In this document: in pieces, positions 38,797 through 48,779 of the stretch
Numbering within the stretch: position 1 is the stretch's first letter
How the letters are laid out: each line of letters begins with the position of its first letter
Source: an uncultured Syntrophobacteraceae bacterium
Lineage (GTDB): Bacteria > Desulfobacterota > Binatia > UBA9968
Assembly (NCBI GenBank): GCA_964404195.1
Contig: CAYOJC010000002.1
Coordinates: 38,886 to 102,885 of the forward strand
Length of the DNA stretch: 64,000 nucleotides
Direction of reading: 5' to 3'
Translations under genes and position numbers: made by a program
Notes under the pieces: model-generated
Seen by the model: only the letters and a program-made list of their open reading frames with translations
Database searches by the model: none
What the model was told of the DNA's origin: nothing

Positions 38797-39861
38797 CTAT
38801 TTCGCCCGCGCGACCGGCGGCATCCGGAATTGAACTCCTTCTTTCACCACCTCGGCCTCGTACATCGCGCGGATCTCCGGCGGCTCGTCCTCGTGTTCGA
38901 GCATGTGGCCGCCGTCGCGCTCGCTGACTGAAGGAAGCCAGTTGACGCCGATGCCGCGCAGCCCGCGGCGGAGAGCGAGATGGCGCGCGGCGTCGCGGCT
39001 GGTCGTGAAGTGGTGGTGATACCAGCCTTCGGGCGGAACCAGCAGACTCCCCTTCTGCCAATCGACGCGCACGAATTTTCCGCCGGGCGGCCACATCAAG
39101 CTGTATCCCTTGCCGCCGAGCACGATCACCTGCGCGCCCGCGTGATGGCGGTGCGCCTTTTTGTAGGTGCCGGACTTGATCGCCATGATGTGGCCGACCA
39201 TGGAATTACCCGAAAGATGAATGCCGAGACGGCTGAAGCCAATGCCGCGCTCGGGATGATCGTTCAGCGGCACGGCGTAAACGTCGGGAATAAAATTTAC
39301 CGCCTTGTCTTCGAGGTCGCTGGGCTTGAACTCGCTGCTGAAAAAATCGCGCTGGCCGCTGAAGCGATTGGTAAAATCGAATGGCGCGTCGAAAATAAAT
39401 TCGGCCGACTTGTAGATATTGAAAATCACCGGCGCGTTGTTTACCGCCACGAACCGCACCGGCTCAGACGACGAGCCGTTGAAATGCTGGTGCCGCGCGT
39501 TGAGCGGCGGCGAGAAGAGGCTCCCGGCCTGCCATTCGAGCGTAACCGCCGGCCCGCTCCCGTCGCTCCAAAACTGCGTCCCGCCGCGTCCTTCCAGAAT
39601 TAAAACTTGCTCTTCGTAAAGATGACGGATCGGCCGCAAGCTTTTCCCCGGCGGAATCTCCGCGACCATCGCGCCGACGAATCCCTGCGATCCTTCGAGG
39701 TGGCAGTAGGCCGCCGGCCCGCCGAGCCGCTCCCAGTGAGAAAGCGGCAGCGCGCGCAGGTCCTCGACGCCGTAGCCCGTCGCAACCGGCAATCCCTCGC
39801 TGTCGCACCATTCCAAGAACGGCGATTTTTTTAACGCTCTCTGCTTGGACAAGTTTTCCAT
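38797..39861 (-). CDS. bicupin protein (gentisate 1,2-dioxygenase-like cupin family)
   Basis: Start MENLSKQ with AAGGAGA 6 nt upstream. Two cupin barrels with His-rich motifs (ARHQHFNGSSSEPVRFVAV; KAHRHHAGAQVIVLGGKGY). Confidence 0.55.
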   Translation of the reverse strand: MENLSKQRALKKSPFLEWCDSEGLPVATGYGVEDLRALPLSHWERLGGPAAYCHLEGSQGFVGAMVAEIPPGKSLRPIRHLYEEQVLILEGRGGTQFWSDGSGPAVTLEWQAGSLFSPPLNARHQHFNGSSSEPVRFVAVNNAPVIFNIYKSAEFIFDAPFDFTNRFSGQRDFFSSEFKPSDLEDKAVNFIPDVYAVPLNDHPERGIGFSRLGIHLSGNSMVGHIMAIKSGTYKKAHRHHAGAQVIVLGGKGYSLMWPPGGKFVRVDWQKGSLLVPPEGWYHHHFTTSRDAARHLALRRGLRGIGVNWLPSVSERDGGHMLEHEDEPPEIRAMYEAEVVKEGVQFRMPPVARAK

Positions 39862-39943
39862 CTTGTCTCTCCTTGCTTTAAGCAGTCCAATAATAAGTTC
39901 GGGAAGAAAGCGCAAGCCACAACCACCGCGCCGAACCACCGCA

Positions 39944-41239
39944 CTAACGCGCGTTGGCTCTCTTCGGCTTTTGCGGGAGAAAATAATAAAAAAGTGTCGA
40001 GGTGAGGAACAACGAGATTACCGAGGTGAGCGCCAGTCCGAGATCGGCGCCGAAGAAGCTGGCGAAAATACCCATGACCAACGAGCCGACCGACCGCATT
40101 CCCTGGTCCATGACGAATACGCTCATGACCCGGCCCAAGAGCGCGTTCGGCACGTCCATTTGGATGATCAGGCGGCTGACGGTGCGGAAGGCGATCTGCC
40201 CGCCGCCGACGAGTCCCAGAAGAACGGCGGAGAGCCAGAAATTGTGCGAGAAACAAAACAGGATGAGAAAAACCGGAGTCAGAGCGGTGGTCACCCAGAG
40301 CATGGTTTCTTTGCGCCACCGCTCGGCGGCGCTGCCCAAGAAGAACAACGATGCGACCGCGCCCAGCCCGGGAGCGGCCATCAAAATTCCCAATCCTTCG
40401 GGCCCGACTTCGAGCATCTCCGTGGCGAATATCGGGAGAAAACGCTGGTAGGTGCCGACGAAAATACTGAGAATGTACGCCGCCGCGATGCTGCTCAAGA
40501 TCACCGGCGCGTGCCGTATATAGCGGAAGCCCTCCTGAACCTCGTGGAGCAGCCCATGCTCGCCCCTGACGACCTCTGCCGGAGAAAGACGGACGAAGAG
40601 AAGTCCCAGGCCGGCGAGAATCAAAGTGACGCCGTAAATCAGGAAACAGCCTCCGACGCCGAGCCAGAGGATGAGAACTCCGCCCACGGATGGGCCGATG
40701 ATGCGCGCGAAGTTGAACTCCATGGAGAAAAGCGCGATCGCGCTCATGAGCGCGTGGTCCGGGACCAGCTCGCGGACGAGCGATTGGGACGCCGAGGGGT
40801 TGATGCTTCGAACGACGGAAGAGACGATCTGAAAAACGAGAAGGTGCCAGAACGCCAGAGTCCCCGAGAAATACAACGCGATGAAAACAAAGATCGGCAC
40901 CGCGGTGAGATACTGGATGAGAATCACCACGCGCAAACGGTTGTAGCGGTCGACCAGCGCGCCGCCGACCGCGCTCAGGACCAACCGCGGCCCGGCCTCG
41001 CAGACGCCCAGGATCCCCAGCGCGAGGGCCGACTTGGTGATCTCGTAGGCGATCCAGTAGAGCGCCACCTCCTGAATGAATTGCCCGATGGACGAAACAA
41101 AATCGCAGGAGAGGAAGACGGCGTAATTTTTGTGAGTGAGGGGGCGAAAAACGCGAAGCAGTTGATGTTCCTCCCGGGGCGTTGCTCGATCCAGGAATTT
41201 TATACCGTGTGATCGCTCTCGGTTACAACCGTTCAGCAA
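39944..41239 (-). CDS. MFS transporter
   Basis: 431 aa with 12 predicted TM segments and MFS_1 N-terminal pattern (VFRPLTHKNYAVFLSCDFVSSIGQ). Confidence 0.8.
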   Translation of the reverse strand: MLNGCNRERSHGIKFLDRATPREEHQLLRVFRPLTHKNYAVFLSCDFVSSIGQFIQEVALYWIAYEITKSALALGILGVCEAGPRLVLSAVGGALVDRYNRLRVVILIQYLTAVPIFVFIALYFSGTLAFWHLLVFQIVSSVVRSINPSASQSLVRELVPDHALMSAIALFSMEFNFARIIGPSVGGVLILWLGVGGCFLIYGVTLILAGLGLLFVRLSPAEVVRGEHGLLHEVQEGFRYIRHAPVILSSIAAAYILSIFVGTYQRFLPIFATEMLEVGPEGLGILMAAPGLGAVASLFFLGSAAERWRKETMLWVTTALTPVFLILFCFSHNFWLSAVLLGLVGGGQIAFRTVSRLIIQMDVPNALLGRVMSVFVMDQGMRSVGSLVMGIFASFFGADLGLALTSVISLFLTSTLFYYFLPQKPKRANAR

Positions 41240-41403
41240 AGTCCGTCAATCAGGCGGGTCAAAAAGGTCCCAGCGAAGTAGATGGGCCTTTGTGGCCGGC
41301 CTGCGGGGCTTGACAGAAATTGGGCGTGGGGAATAGAAGATAAATGCCATCGCACCTTACGAAAGCGGCAGCATAGAGCCGCTCCATTTAGAAGGAGGCT
41401 GAG

Positions 41404-42921
41404 ATGAACCGGCGACAAAAACTTTTGCTCGCGGGACTGACGGCGCTACTGCTGATAACTGCGCAGGCGCGGCCTGCCGAAGCGCAGACGCGCGTTTCCA
41501 TCGGCGTCACCGAAACGATGGAAACCTACAACCCGTACGGCGACAGCGTCTCGCTGCTCTACGGCATCTGGTGCCAGGTCATGGGGTGTCTCGGCACCTA
41601 CGATTTCGACAAGGGCGATTACGTCGGGATGCTGGCCGAGCGTTGGGAGGTCAAAGACCCGAACACCTGGATTTTTTACCTGCGCAAAGATATCCGCTGG
41701 CACGACGGCTCGCCTTTCACGGCCGACGACGTGGTTCACTCTTTCAATCGCGCCAGAAACGATCCACAGAGCAAGCAGACGCAGAACATCGCTCCGATCG
41801 CCTCGGCCGCGGCGGTGGACAAATATACCGTCCGCTTCACGACCAAGCAGCCCACCGCTCCCCTGCTCGAATATCTCTTCGACCGCCTGATCATCACGAA
41901 CAAGGCGGTGTACGAAAAATACGGCGTAGAGGCCGACCGGAAATATCCCATCGGCGCCGGTCCCTATAAATTCAAGGAGCTCGTGCCCGGCCAGCATTTC
42001 GTGATTGCGAAAAATCCAGACTATCCGGGAATGAAGCAGTTGACGCAGGCGCCGGACGAGGTCATCTACCGCGTCATGCGCGAGGACGAGCAGAGAGTCA
42101 CCGCGCTCTTGAACGGTGAAATCCAGATCGCCCAGTTCATTCCTCCGCACCTGCGCAAGCGCGTCGAGAGCGATCCCAACGCAAAAGCTACGACGGTGGA
42201 TTCCGTCGAGATCATGTTCCTCGCGATGCAGCCCAAGCCACCCTTCGACAAGAAGGAAGTGCGCCAGGCGGTCTGCCACGCGATCGACCGGGATCGGATC
42301 ATTGCAACCCTACTCCAAGGCCTCGCCGCGCGGCTCGACGGCCCAATCGGACCGGGTCAATATGGTTACGATCCGAACCTGAAGCCCAAGTACGATTACA
42401 GCCTCGAGAAATCACGCAAGCTCTTGGCCCAAGCCGGCTACCCCAACGGCGTGGACGTGGAACTTCAAACGCCGGTCGGGCGCTACACGCTGGATAAACA
42501 ACTCAACGAGGCGATCGTACAGATGCTCAACGGCGCGGGCTTCCGCGCCAAGCTGCTTACGCCGGAGTGGGCGACGCTCTGGTCCAACGTCCAGGCCGGG
42601 AAGACGCCCTTCTATTACATGGGCCGAGGATCGATCGTCGATCCCAGTGTGGCGCTGTCCCAATATTTCGAGACCGGAGGCTCGCCGCGCATCGGCTACT
42701 CGAACCCAAAGTTCGACAAGCTACTCGCCACCGAGCGGCAGACCTTCGATCCCGCGAAGCGGCGCAAGGTGCTCGCCGAAGCGATGAGTCTCCTCACCGA
42801 CGACGCGCCCGCCTGCTTCCTGTGGCGCCATAAGATGATCTACGGCATGGCAAAAAATATCGACTACAAGCCGACGCCGAGCGGCCGCATCTTCGGCGAA
42901 GATATCCGAGTGCTCAAATAG
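41404..42921 (+). CDS. ABC transporter substrate-binding protein, family 5 (peptide/nickel/opine type)
   Basis: 505 aa with a signal peptide and SBP_bac_5 pattern. Confidence 0.85.
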   Translation: MNRRQKLLLAGLTALLLITAQARPAEAQTRVSIGVTETMETYNPYGDSVSLLYGIWCQVMGCLGTYDFDKGDYVGMLAERWEVKDPNTWIFYLRKDIRWHDGSPFTADDVVHSFNRARNDPQSKQTQNIAPIASAAAVDKYTVRFTTKQPTAPLLEYLFDRLIITNKAVYEKYGVEADRKYPIGAGPYKFKELVPGQHFVIAKNPDYPGMKQLTQAPDEVIYRVMREDEQRVTALLNGEIQIAQFIPPHLRKRVESDPNAKATTVDSVEIMFLAMQPKPPFDKKEVRQAVCHAIDRDRIIATLLQGLAARLDGPIGPGQYGYDPNLKPKYDYSLEKSRKLLAQAGYPNGVDVELQTPVGRYTLDKQLNEAIVQMLNGAGFRAKLLTPEWATLWSNVQAGKTPFYYMGRGSIVDPSVALSQYFETGGSPRIGYSNPKFDKLLATERQTFDPAKRRKVLAEAMSLLTDDAPACFLWRHKMIYGMAKNIDYKPTPSGRIFGEDIRVLK

Positions 42922-42995
42922 AGCGGATGTCTACGCGCGGCGCCGGCGGATAGCCGCGGAAAGGAGACATCATCGCCGTCTATCTGCTCCAACGG

Positions 42996-43973
42996 TTGTT
43001 CGGCACGCTGCCGGTGCTGCTTCTGATCACGCTGCTCGTCTTCGTTCTGCTCCATGCCGCGCCCGGCGACCCGGCGACGATGCTTCTCGGCCAGGAGAAC
43101 ACGGCCGCCGACCTCGCCGAAGCGAAGCGACGCTGGGGACTGGATCAGCCGGTTCACGTCCAATACGTCAAATTCGTCCTTGCCGCGGCTACCGGCGATC
43201 TCGGCAAGTCTTTTCGCTTCTCGGCCCCGGTCAAAGAGGTCATCGCGGAGCGATTGCCGGCGACCATCGAGCTTGCGGCGTTTTCGATTTTGATCGCCGT
43301 CGTCTGCGCCATCCCGCTCGGCGTTTGCGCCGGCGCGCGGCCCAACTCGTGGATCGACAACGTCGGGACAAGCTTCGGGCTCTTCGGCATCAGCATGCCG
43401 AACTTCTGGCTCGGCATCATGCTGATCCTTCTCCTCGCGGGAAACTTCCACCTGGTTCCCTCCGGCGGCCGCAGCACCTACGGCATCGCCGGGCCCTCAC
43501 AAACCGGTTTTTACTTTCTCGACAGCGTCATGCAGCGAAACTGGGCCGCTCTCAAAGACGCGTTTCTGCACGTGCTGATGCCCGCGCTCGCGCTCGGGGT
43601 CAACATGATCGGAATCCTGATGCGAGTCACGCGCTCATCGGTCCTGGAAACGGCGACCGAAGAATACGTCGTCACGGCCCGCGCCAAGGGGCTGGCGGAA
43701 CGGATCGTTCTTTGGCGTCATATACTCAGCAACGCGCTGATCCCGATCATCACGGTCGTCGGTCTGGAGCTCGGGACTCTTCTCAGCGGCTCGATCATCG
43801 TGGAGACGGTGTTTGCCTGGCCGGGAGTCGGCAGCTTGCTGATCACCGGCGTCACGTCGCGGGATTACCCATTGGTCACGGGTCTCGTGCTCATGTATAC
43901 CGTCGCTTTTGTCACGATCAATCTCATTATCGACGCCCTCTATGCTTTCATCGATCCCAGAATCCGCTACTAG
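42996..43973 (+). CDS. ABC transporter permease (DppB/OppB-like)
   Basis: BPD_transp_1 permease. The conserved N-terminal helix IAVYLLQRLFGTLPVLLL begins upstream at about 42971, where only ATC/ATT codons are available (AAAGGAG at 42962). The annotated TTG at 42996 therefore probably truncates it. Confidence 0.75.
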   Translation: MFGTLPVLLLITLLVFVLLHAAPGDPATMLLGQENTAADLAEAKRRWGLDQPVHVQYVKFVLAAATGDLGKSFRFSAPVKEVIAERLPATIELAAFSILIAVVCAIPLGVCAGARPNSWIDNVGTSFGLFGISMPNFWLGIMLILLLAGNFHLVPSGGRSTYGIAGPSQTGFYFLDSVMQRNWAALKDAFLHVLMPALALGVNMIGILMRVTRSSVLETATEEYVVTARAKGLAERIVLWRHILSNALIPIITVVGLELGTLLSGSIIVETVFAWPGVGSLLITGVTSRDYPLVTGLVLMYTVAFVTINLIIDALYAFIDPRIRY

Positions 43974-44859
43974 CGCCGCGACCCGCGCCGTTCCGAAAAG
44001 CAACGAGCGCTCGCGGGCTCGGCGGCGTCCGTGGATGCAGCCGAAATTCGTCGTCGGCGCATCGATCGTTTGCGTCCTGACGGTCGTCGGCGTTCTAAGC
44101 CCGTGGCTCGCGCCGTACGATCCGGGCAAGCAAACACTCGAAGCCGCTCTCAAAGCGCCGCAATGGTTCGGCGGCGCGCATTTCCTCGGGACCGATAGCC
44201 TCGGCCGCGACATCTTGAGCCGCGTCATCTACGGCGCGCGCGTCTCTCTGCTCGTCGCCTTCGCGGTCGTGCTCATCTCCGGCTTCGTCGGAATATCGCT
44301 GGGCGCGATATCGGGTTACTTCGGCGGCAAGATCGATTTCACCATCCAGAAAATGGTCGAAGTCGTCTGGGCTTTTCCAGCACTTTTGCTCGCGATCACC
44401 ATCCTCGCCTTTCTCGGCCAGGGTCTGTTCAATTTGATTCTAGCGCTGGTGGCCCAGCGCTGGATTCAGTACTGCCGCGTCGTGCGGGGCCAGACGCTGG
44501 CGCTTAGAGGCCGCGACTTCGTGACGGCAACCCGCGCGCTCGGCGCCAGCGATCAGCGCATCATCCGCCGCCACATTCTTCCCAATCTGATCCAGATCTC
44601 GCTCGTCATAGGCACCTTTTCCATGGCCTCGGCCATTATCTCGGAGGCGAGTCTCAGTTTTCTCGGCCTCGGAGTTCCACCGGAGATTCCCACCTGGGGC
44701 ACGATGCTCGCCGACAGCCGCAGCTACATCAGCACCGCCTGGTGGCTCGCGCTCTTTCCCGGTCTGTGCATCTTCTTGACCGTTCTCGGCATCAACCTGC
44801 TCGGCGACGCGATAAGAGATCTGTTGGACCCGCGGCTCAAACGGACGGTCAAGGCTTAG
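43909..44859 (+). CDS. ABC transporter permease (DppC/OppC-like)
   Basis: 316 aa permease with an N-terminal OppC-type extension. The start is uncertain (alternative Met at 44035). No ATPase genes follow. Confidence 0.75.
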   Translation: MSRSISLSTPSMLSSIPESATSAATRAVPKSNERSRARRRPWMQPKFVVGASIVCVLTVVGVLSPWLAPYDPGKQTLEAALKAPQWFGGAHFLGTDSLGRDILSRVIYGARVSLLVAFAVVLISGFVGISLGAISGYFGGKIDFTIQKMVEVVWAFPALLLAITILAFLGQGLFNLILALVAQRWIQYCRVVRGQTLALRGRDFVTATRALGASDQRIIRRHILPNLIQISLVIGTFSMASAIISEASLSFLGLGVPPEIPTWGTMLADSRSYISTAWWLALFPGLCIFLTVLGINLLGDAIRDLLDPRLKRTVKA

Positions 44860-44913
44860 TGAAGCCGCTTTCCCGGGACAGTTTCGTTCCTCTATTCATT
44901 CATGTAAGTTAGA

Positions 44914-46320
44914 GTGATGCGTCGCACCAAAATCGTCTGCACGATCGGACCCGCGAGCCAATCCGAAAAAATTTTAACCGGGTTGATTCAAGCCGGGATG
45001 GACGTGGCCCGGCTGAACTTCAGCCACGGCGACTACGGCTTTCACGAAAGAACCATCCAGAGAATTCGCCGCATCGCCCGGCGGCTCGGGAAACCGGTCG
45101 CCATCCTGCAGGACCTCCAGGGACCGAAGATTCGCATCGGCGCGATCGAAAGAGACCGGGCCAGGCTGCAAACCGGACGGCGCTTCGCGCTCACGACGCG
45201 AAAGATTTTGGGCGACAGCCGGATCGTCTCGGTCAATTTCAGGCGGCTCCATCGGGTGATCAAAAAAGGCGACCGCATCCTGCTGGGCGACGGCGAGATC
45301 GAGCTGGCGGCCGTGAGCGTCAAGCCGGAGGAAGTCGTTTGCAAGATCATCGTCGGCGGCGTTCTTACCTCGCACAAGGGCATCCACTTTCCCCAGGGCA
45401 GCCTGCGCCTCCCGTCGCTCACGCCGAAAGACCGGCGCGATCTGGCGTTCGGCGTCGCGCACGGCGTGGACCTCATCGCTCTTTCTTTTGTGCGGCGACC
45501 GAGCGATATCGTCGTCGCGCGCCGCGAGATTCAAAAAAGAGGCGCGCGCATTCCGCTCGTCGCCAAGATCGAGAAACACGAGGCGCTGGAGCACATCGAC
45601 TCGATCCTCGAAGAAGTGGACGCGATCATGGTGGCGCGCGGGGACCTGGGGCTGGAAACCGCGCTCGAAAGAATCCCGGCGCTGCAAAAAATGATGATCC
45701 GCAAGGCGAACCGGCTGGGCAAGCCGGTCATCACCGCGACCCAGATGCTGCGCTCGATGGTGCAGAATCCGCGCCCGAGCCGCGCGGAAGTCGCGGACAT
45801 CGCCAACGCGGTCCTCGACGGCACGGACGCGCTGATGCTTTCGGAAGAATCGGCCGTCGGCCTCTATCCTATTCAAGCCGTGAAGACAATGGCGCAAGTC
45901 GCGGTGGAAACCGAGAAGATCCTGGAGCCGAGATTTCAATTCGACGGGCTCAACAACAGCGTTCCCGAGGCGATCAGCCACGCCGCGGTCTCGCTGGCGC
46001 GCGACCTTCAGGTCAAAGCTTTTTTAATTCCGACCACGTCGGGGAGCACCGTGCGCATGATCGCGCGCTACCGCCCGACCCAGCCGCTGATCGCGATCAC
46101 ACCCGAGCCGGGGACCGTCAAGGCGCTCTGCCTCGTCTGGGGCGTCCATCCCGTTTTGATTCCTTCGTACCGCAGCACCGACGCGATGCTGCGCCTGGCG
46201 CAGAAAAAAGCGCTGGCCTCGGGATACGTCAAAAGAGGAGATCTGGTAGCCATCACCGCCGGGCTGCCGCTCCATATCGCGGGCACGACGAACCTCATCA
46301 CGGTGCAAAAGATCGAATAA
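44914..46320 (+). CDS. pyk: pyruvate kinase
   Basis: MRRTKIVCTIGPAS...FSHG...MVARGDLG, full-length at 468 aa. Confidence 0.95.
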   Translation: MMRRTKIVCTIGPASQSEKILTGLIQAGMDVARLNFSHGDYGFHERTIQRIRRIARRLGKPVAILQDLQGPKIRIGAIERDRARLQTGRRFALTTRKILGDSRIVSVNFRRLHRVIKKGDRILLGDGEIELAAVSVKPEEVVCKIIVGGVLTSHKGIHFPQGSLRLPSLTPKDRRDLAFGVAHGVDLIALSFVRRPSDIVVARREIQKRGARIPLVAKIEKHEALEHIDSILEEVDAIMVARGDLGLETALERIPALQKMMIRKANRLGKPVITATQMLRSMVQNPRPSRAEVADIANAVLDGTDALMLSEESAVGLYPIQAVKTMAQVAVETEKILEPRFQFDGLNNSVPEAISHAAVSLARDLQVKAFLIPTTSGSTVRMIARYRPTQPLIAITPEPGTVKALCLVWGVHPVLIPSYRSTDAMLRLAQKKALASGYVKRGDLVAITAGLPLHIAGTTNLITVQKIE

Positions 46321-46321
46321 A

Positions 46322-46415
46322 AAAGATTGGAGTACTGGAGTGCTGGAGTATTGGAAAATCGGAGCATAGGGTTCTTAAACCCATCACTCCATGACTCCAC
46401 TACTCCATCACCCCA
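46322..46415. terminator. long imperfect palindrome with CTGGAGT repeats between convergent pyk and etfA
   Basis: ggagtactggagtgctggagtattgg ... ccatcactccatgactccactactcc. About 21 of 26 positions are complementary, consistent with a bidirectional terminator-like stem-loop of moderate GC. Confidence 0.4.
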
Positions 46416-46418
46416 TTC

Positions 46419-47387
46419 TTATTTTCCTTTGCGTTTTTTGATTTCTTCGATGAGCTGAGGCACGACTTTGAAGACGTCGCCGACGATACCGAGGTCGGCA
46501 AACTGAAAGATCGGCGCCTCGGGATCTTTGTTGATCGCGATGATCGTCTTGGAAGTCTTCATTCCCGACAAATGCTGCACGGCGCCGGAAATGCCGCAAG
46601 CGAAGTAAAGGTCTGGCTTCACCGTTTTACCCGTCTGTCCCACTTGCATGGAATAGGGCACCCAACCCGCATCGACCGCGGCCCGCGTCGCGCCGACCGC
46701 GCCGCCGAGCAAATCGGCCAGATCCTTCAACATCGTAAAATTTTCCTCGCCTTTGAGCCCGCGTCCGCCGGAGACAATCACTTTGGCGCCTTCGAGTTGC
46801 GGCCCTTCTTGCTTCACGGTTACGCGCTCTTTCATGTGGACTTTGCGCAGCGCTTCGCCGGAAGCTGCGGGCACCTCTTCGACCGACAGCGATTGTTCAT
46901 TGGCTTTCGGCTCGAAAGACTTCGGCCTGACCAACAAGAGCTTGGTACCCTGACTGAGCAGCGTGCTGGTATTCTGGTAGCTCGCGCCTAACGCGGGAAT
47001 GGTCGCTTCCACGCTGCCGTCTTTCAAGACGAAATCACCGACATCCGCGATGGCGCCCGAGTCCAGCCTGGCGCTGAGCGCCGCAGCCAGGTCGCGCCCC
47101 GCGAAGCTCGATGCGAAGAGCATCACAGGAGGATTGTATTTCTGAATCAGCCCCGCGACGGTCTCTACGGCCGGTAGAGTCAAATATTCTCCGTAGACCG
47201 GATCCGCCGACCGGTAGACTTTACTTGCGCCGTAATGGGCCAGCGTCGGCGCGGCATCGTCCTGCGCAGGGCCGAGGAGCACCGCCTCCGCCTTACCCAC
47301 TTCTGCCGCCTTGGTCAGCATCTCCAACGTGGTTGGAGTGATTTTACCATCGACGACTTCGGCGTATACCCAAATCAGTTCAGCCAT
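46419..47387 (-). CDS. etfA: electron transfer flavoprotein subunit alpha
   Basis: 322 aa, with an ETF alpha N-domain and a C-terminal FAD-binding domain. Confidence 0.9.
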   Translation of the reverse strand: MAELIWVYAEVVDGKITPTTLEMLTKAAEVGKAEAVLLGPAQDDAAPTLAHYGASKVYRSADPVYGEYLTLPAVETVAGLIQKYNPPVMLFASSFAGRDLAAALSARLDSGAIADVGDFVLKDGSVEATIPALGASYQNTSTLLSQGTKLLLVRPKSFEPKANEQSLSVEEVPAASGEALRKVHMKERVTVKQEGPQLEGAKVIVSGGRGLKGEENFTMLKDLADLLGGAVGATRAAVDAGWVPYSMQVGQTGKTVKPDLYFACGISGAVQHLSGMKTSKTIIAINKDPEAPIFQFADLGIVGDVFKVVPQLIEEIKKRKGK

Positions 47388-47521
47388 TTAGAGAACCTCA
47401 ATGGAAAATGCAAAGCGCAAATTGAAAAATACAAAATTTAATCAGAAGAGATGGACCTTCAGAATCTTGTTCAGACATTTTGACTTTTGCATTTTGCAAT
47501 TTTCATTTTGCCTTGTTGTGC
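47388..47521. repeat. AT-rich repeat/palindromic element in the etfB-etfA intergenic spacer
   Basis: A 134-bp spacer of about 33% GC in a roughly 65% GC genome. It has three CATTTTG copies on one arm and the complementary GCAAAATGCAAA-type arm on the other. Confidence 0.5.
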
Positions 47522-48301
47522 TTAGATGATTTTTAGCTCCGCCAAAAATTCCGCGATCTGGGTGCCGCCCTGCCCTTCGTCGGTAATGAGTTGACCCCCC
47601 TGCCGCTTCGGCGGCCGGCCCACGGTCAGAACTTTTTCCTTGGCGCCGGACTCGCCGATCTGATCCGGCCCGAGCCCGAGATCCGCTGCCGTGTAGATTT
47701 TGATCTCCTTTTTCTTCGCCGACATGATCCCTTTGAGCTGAGGATAGCGCGGCTCGTTGATTCCGCTCGTCGTGGTCACGAGCGCGGGTAACGTCGCCTC
47801 CACCACGTCGTAGCCGCTCTCACTTTGCCGCTTGATGGTAAGCTTGTTGCCGTCCACGCTCACCTCCTTGGCGAAGGTCACGGCGGGAACCCCGAGGAAG
47901 TGGGCCACTTGACCCGGCACGATGCCGGAATAGCTGTCGCTGCTCTCCGTGCCGCAGATCACGAGATCGAACGGCTGTTTCTTGATGGCCGCCGCCAACA
48001 CCTTGGCGGTTCCGAGAGTATCCGAGCCGGCGACGGCGTCGTCGAGGATGTGCACTGCGGAGGCGGCGCCCATGGCCAGCGCGCTGCGAATGCCGATCGT
48101 CGCATCGCTGATGCCCATCGTAACGAGGGTCACCGTGCCGCCATGCTTCTCGGTCAGGCGCAAGGCTTCTTCAACGGCGCTGGCGGCCGCAGGGTCGAGC
48201 TCGTGCGGCACTCCCTTGCGCACCATACGCTTGGTCGATGGATCGATTTCGATCGTCACCGAGCTGGCGGGAATGACCTTGCCGCAGACGACGATGTTCA
48301 A
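47522..48301 (-). CDS. etfB: electron transfer flavoprotein subunit beta
   Basis: 259 aa ETF beta/FixA pattern. Confidence 0.9.
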   Translation of the reverse strand: MNIVVCGKVIPASSVTIEIDPSTKRMVRKGVPHELDPAAASAVEEALRLTEKHGGTVTLVTMGISDATIGIRSALAMGAASAVHILDDAVAGSDTLGTAKVLAAAIKKQPFDLVICGTESSDSYSGIVPGQVAHFLGVPAVTFAKEVSVDGNKLTIKRQSESGYDVVEATLPALVTTTSGINEPRYPQLKGIMSAKKKEIKIYTAADLGLGPDQIGESGAKEKVLTVGRPPKRQGGQLITDEGQGGTQIAEFLAELKII

Positions 48302-48573
48302 AGCTACTTCTCCTTAGGATAAAACTAGAACGTGCTTCGACGGGCTCAGCACGAACGGAAAAAATTCGACGACTTCAGCTTCCACTCCGTTCGCCCTGAC
48401 CCCTCGACAGGCTCGGGACTAAAGGCTGTCGAGGGGCCTGCCCTGAGGCCCCTCGAAGGGTCGAAGGGTGAACGTTGATCGCAGCGCCCGGCCCGATACG
48501 ACGAAGGCGCCCGAGGATCAAGGCGCCTTCTATAAAAGACTAACGGACCGGCCGGAATGCGCAGAGCAGCAGC

Positions 48574-48771
48574 TTACGAAAGCCACTCCTTGACGTCGCC
48601 TTCCATCACCACACCGAGAATTTCTTCGCAGTCCGCGATCGCCTTATCGACGACTTTGGGATCGTCTTTCAGGTGTGGCAGGGCGGAACTCACGGCTCCC
48701 TTCAGGGCTTGGATAAATTCTTTGAACTGCTGATCTAAAGCGTCCGTGTTGGCTGCTGGTTGCATGATCAT
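48574..48771 (-). CDS. hypothetical 65-aa protein
   Basis: Stops 8 nt downstream of the PaaA-like gene. No recognisable family. Confidence 0.4.
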   Translation of the reverse strand: MIMQPAANTDALDQQFKEFIQALKGAVSSALPHLKDDPKVVDKAIADCEEILGVVMEGDVKEWLS

Positions 48772-48779
48772 TCTCCTGA

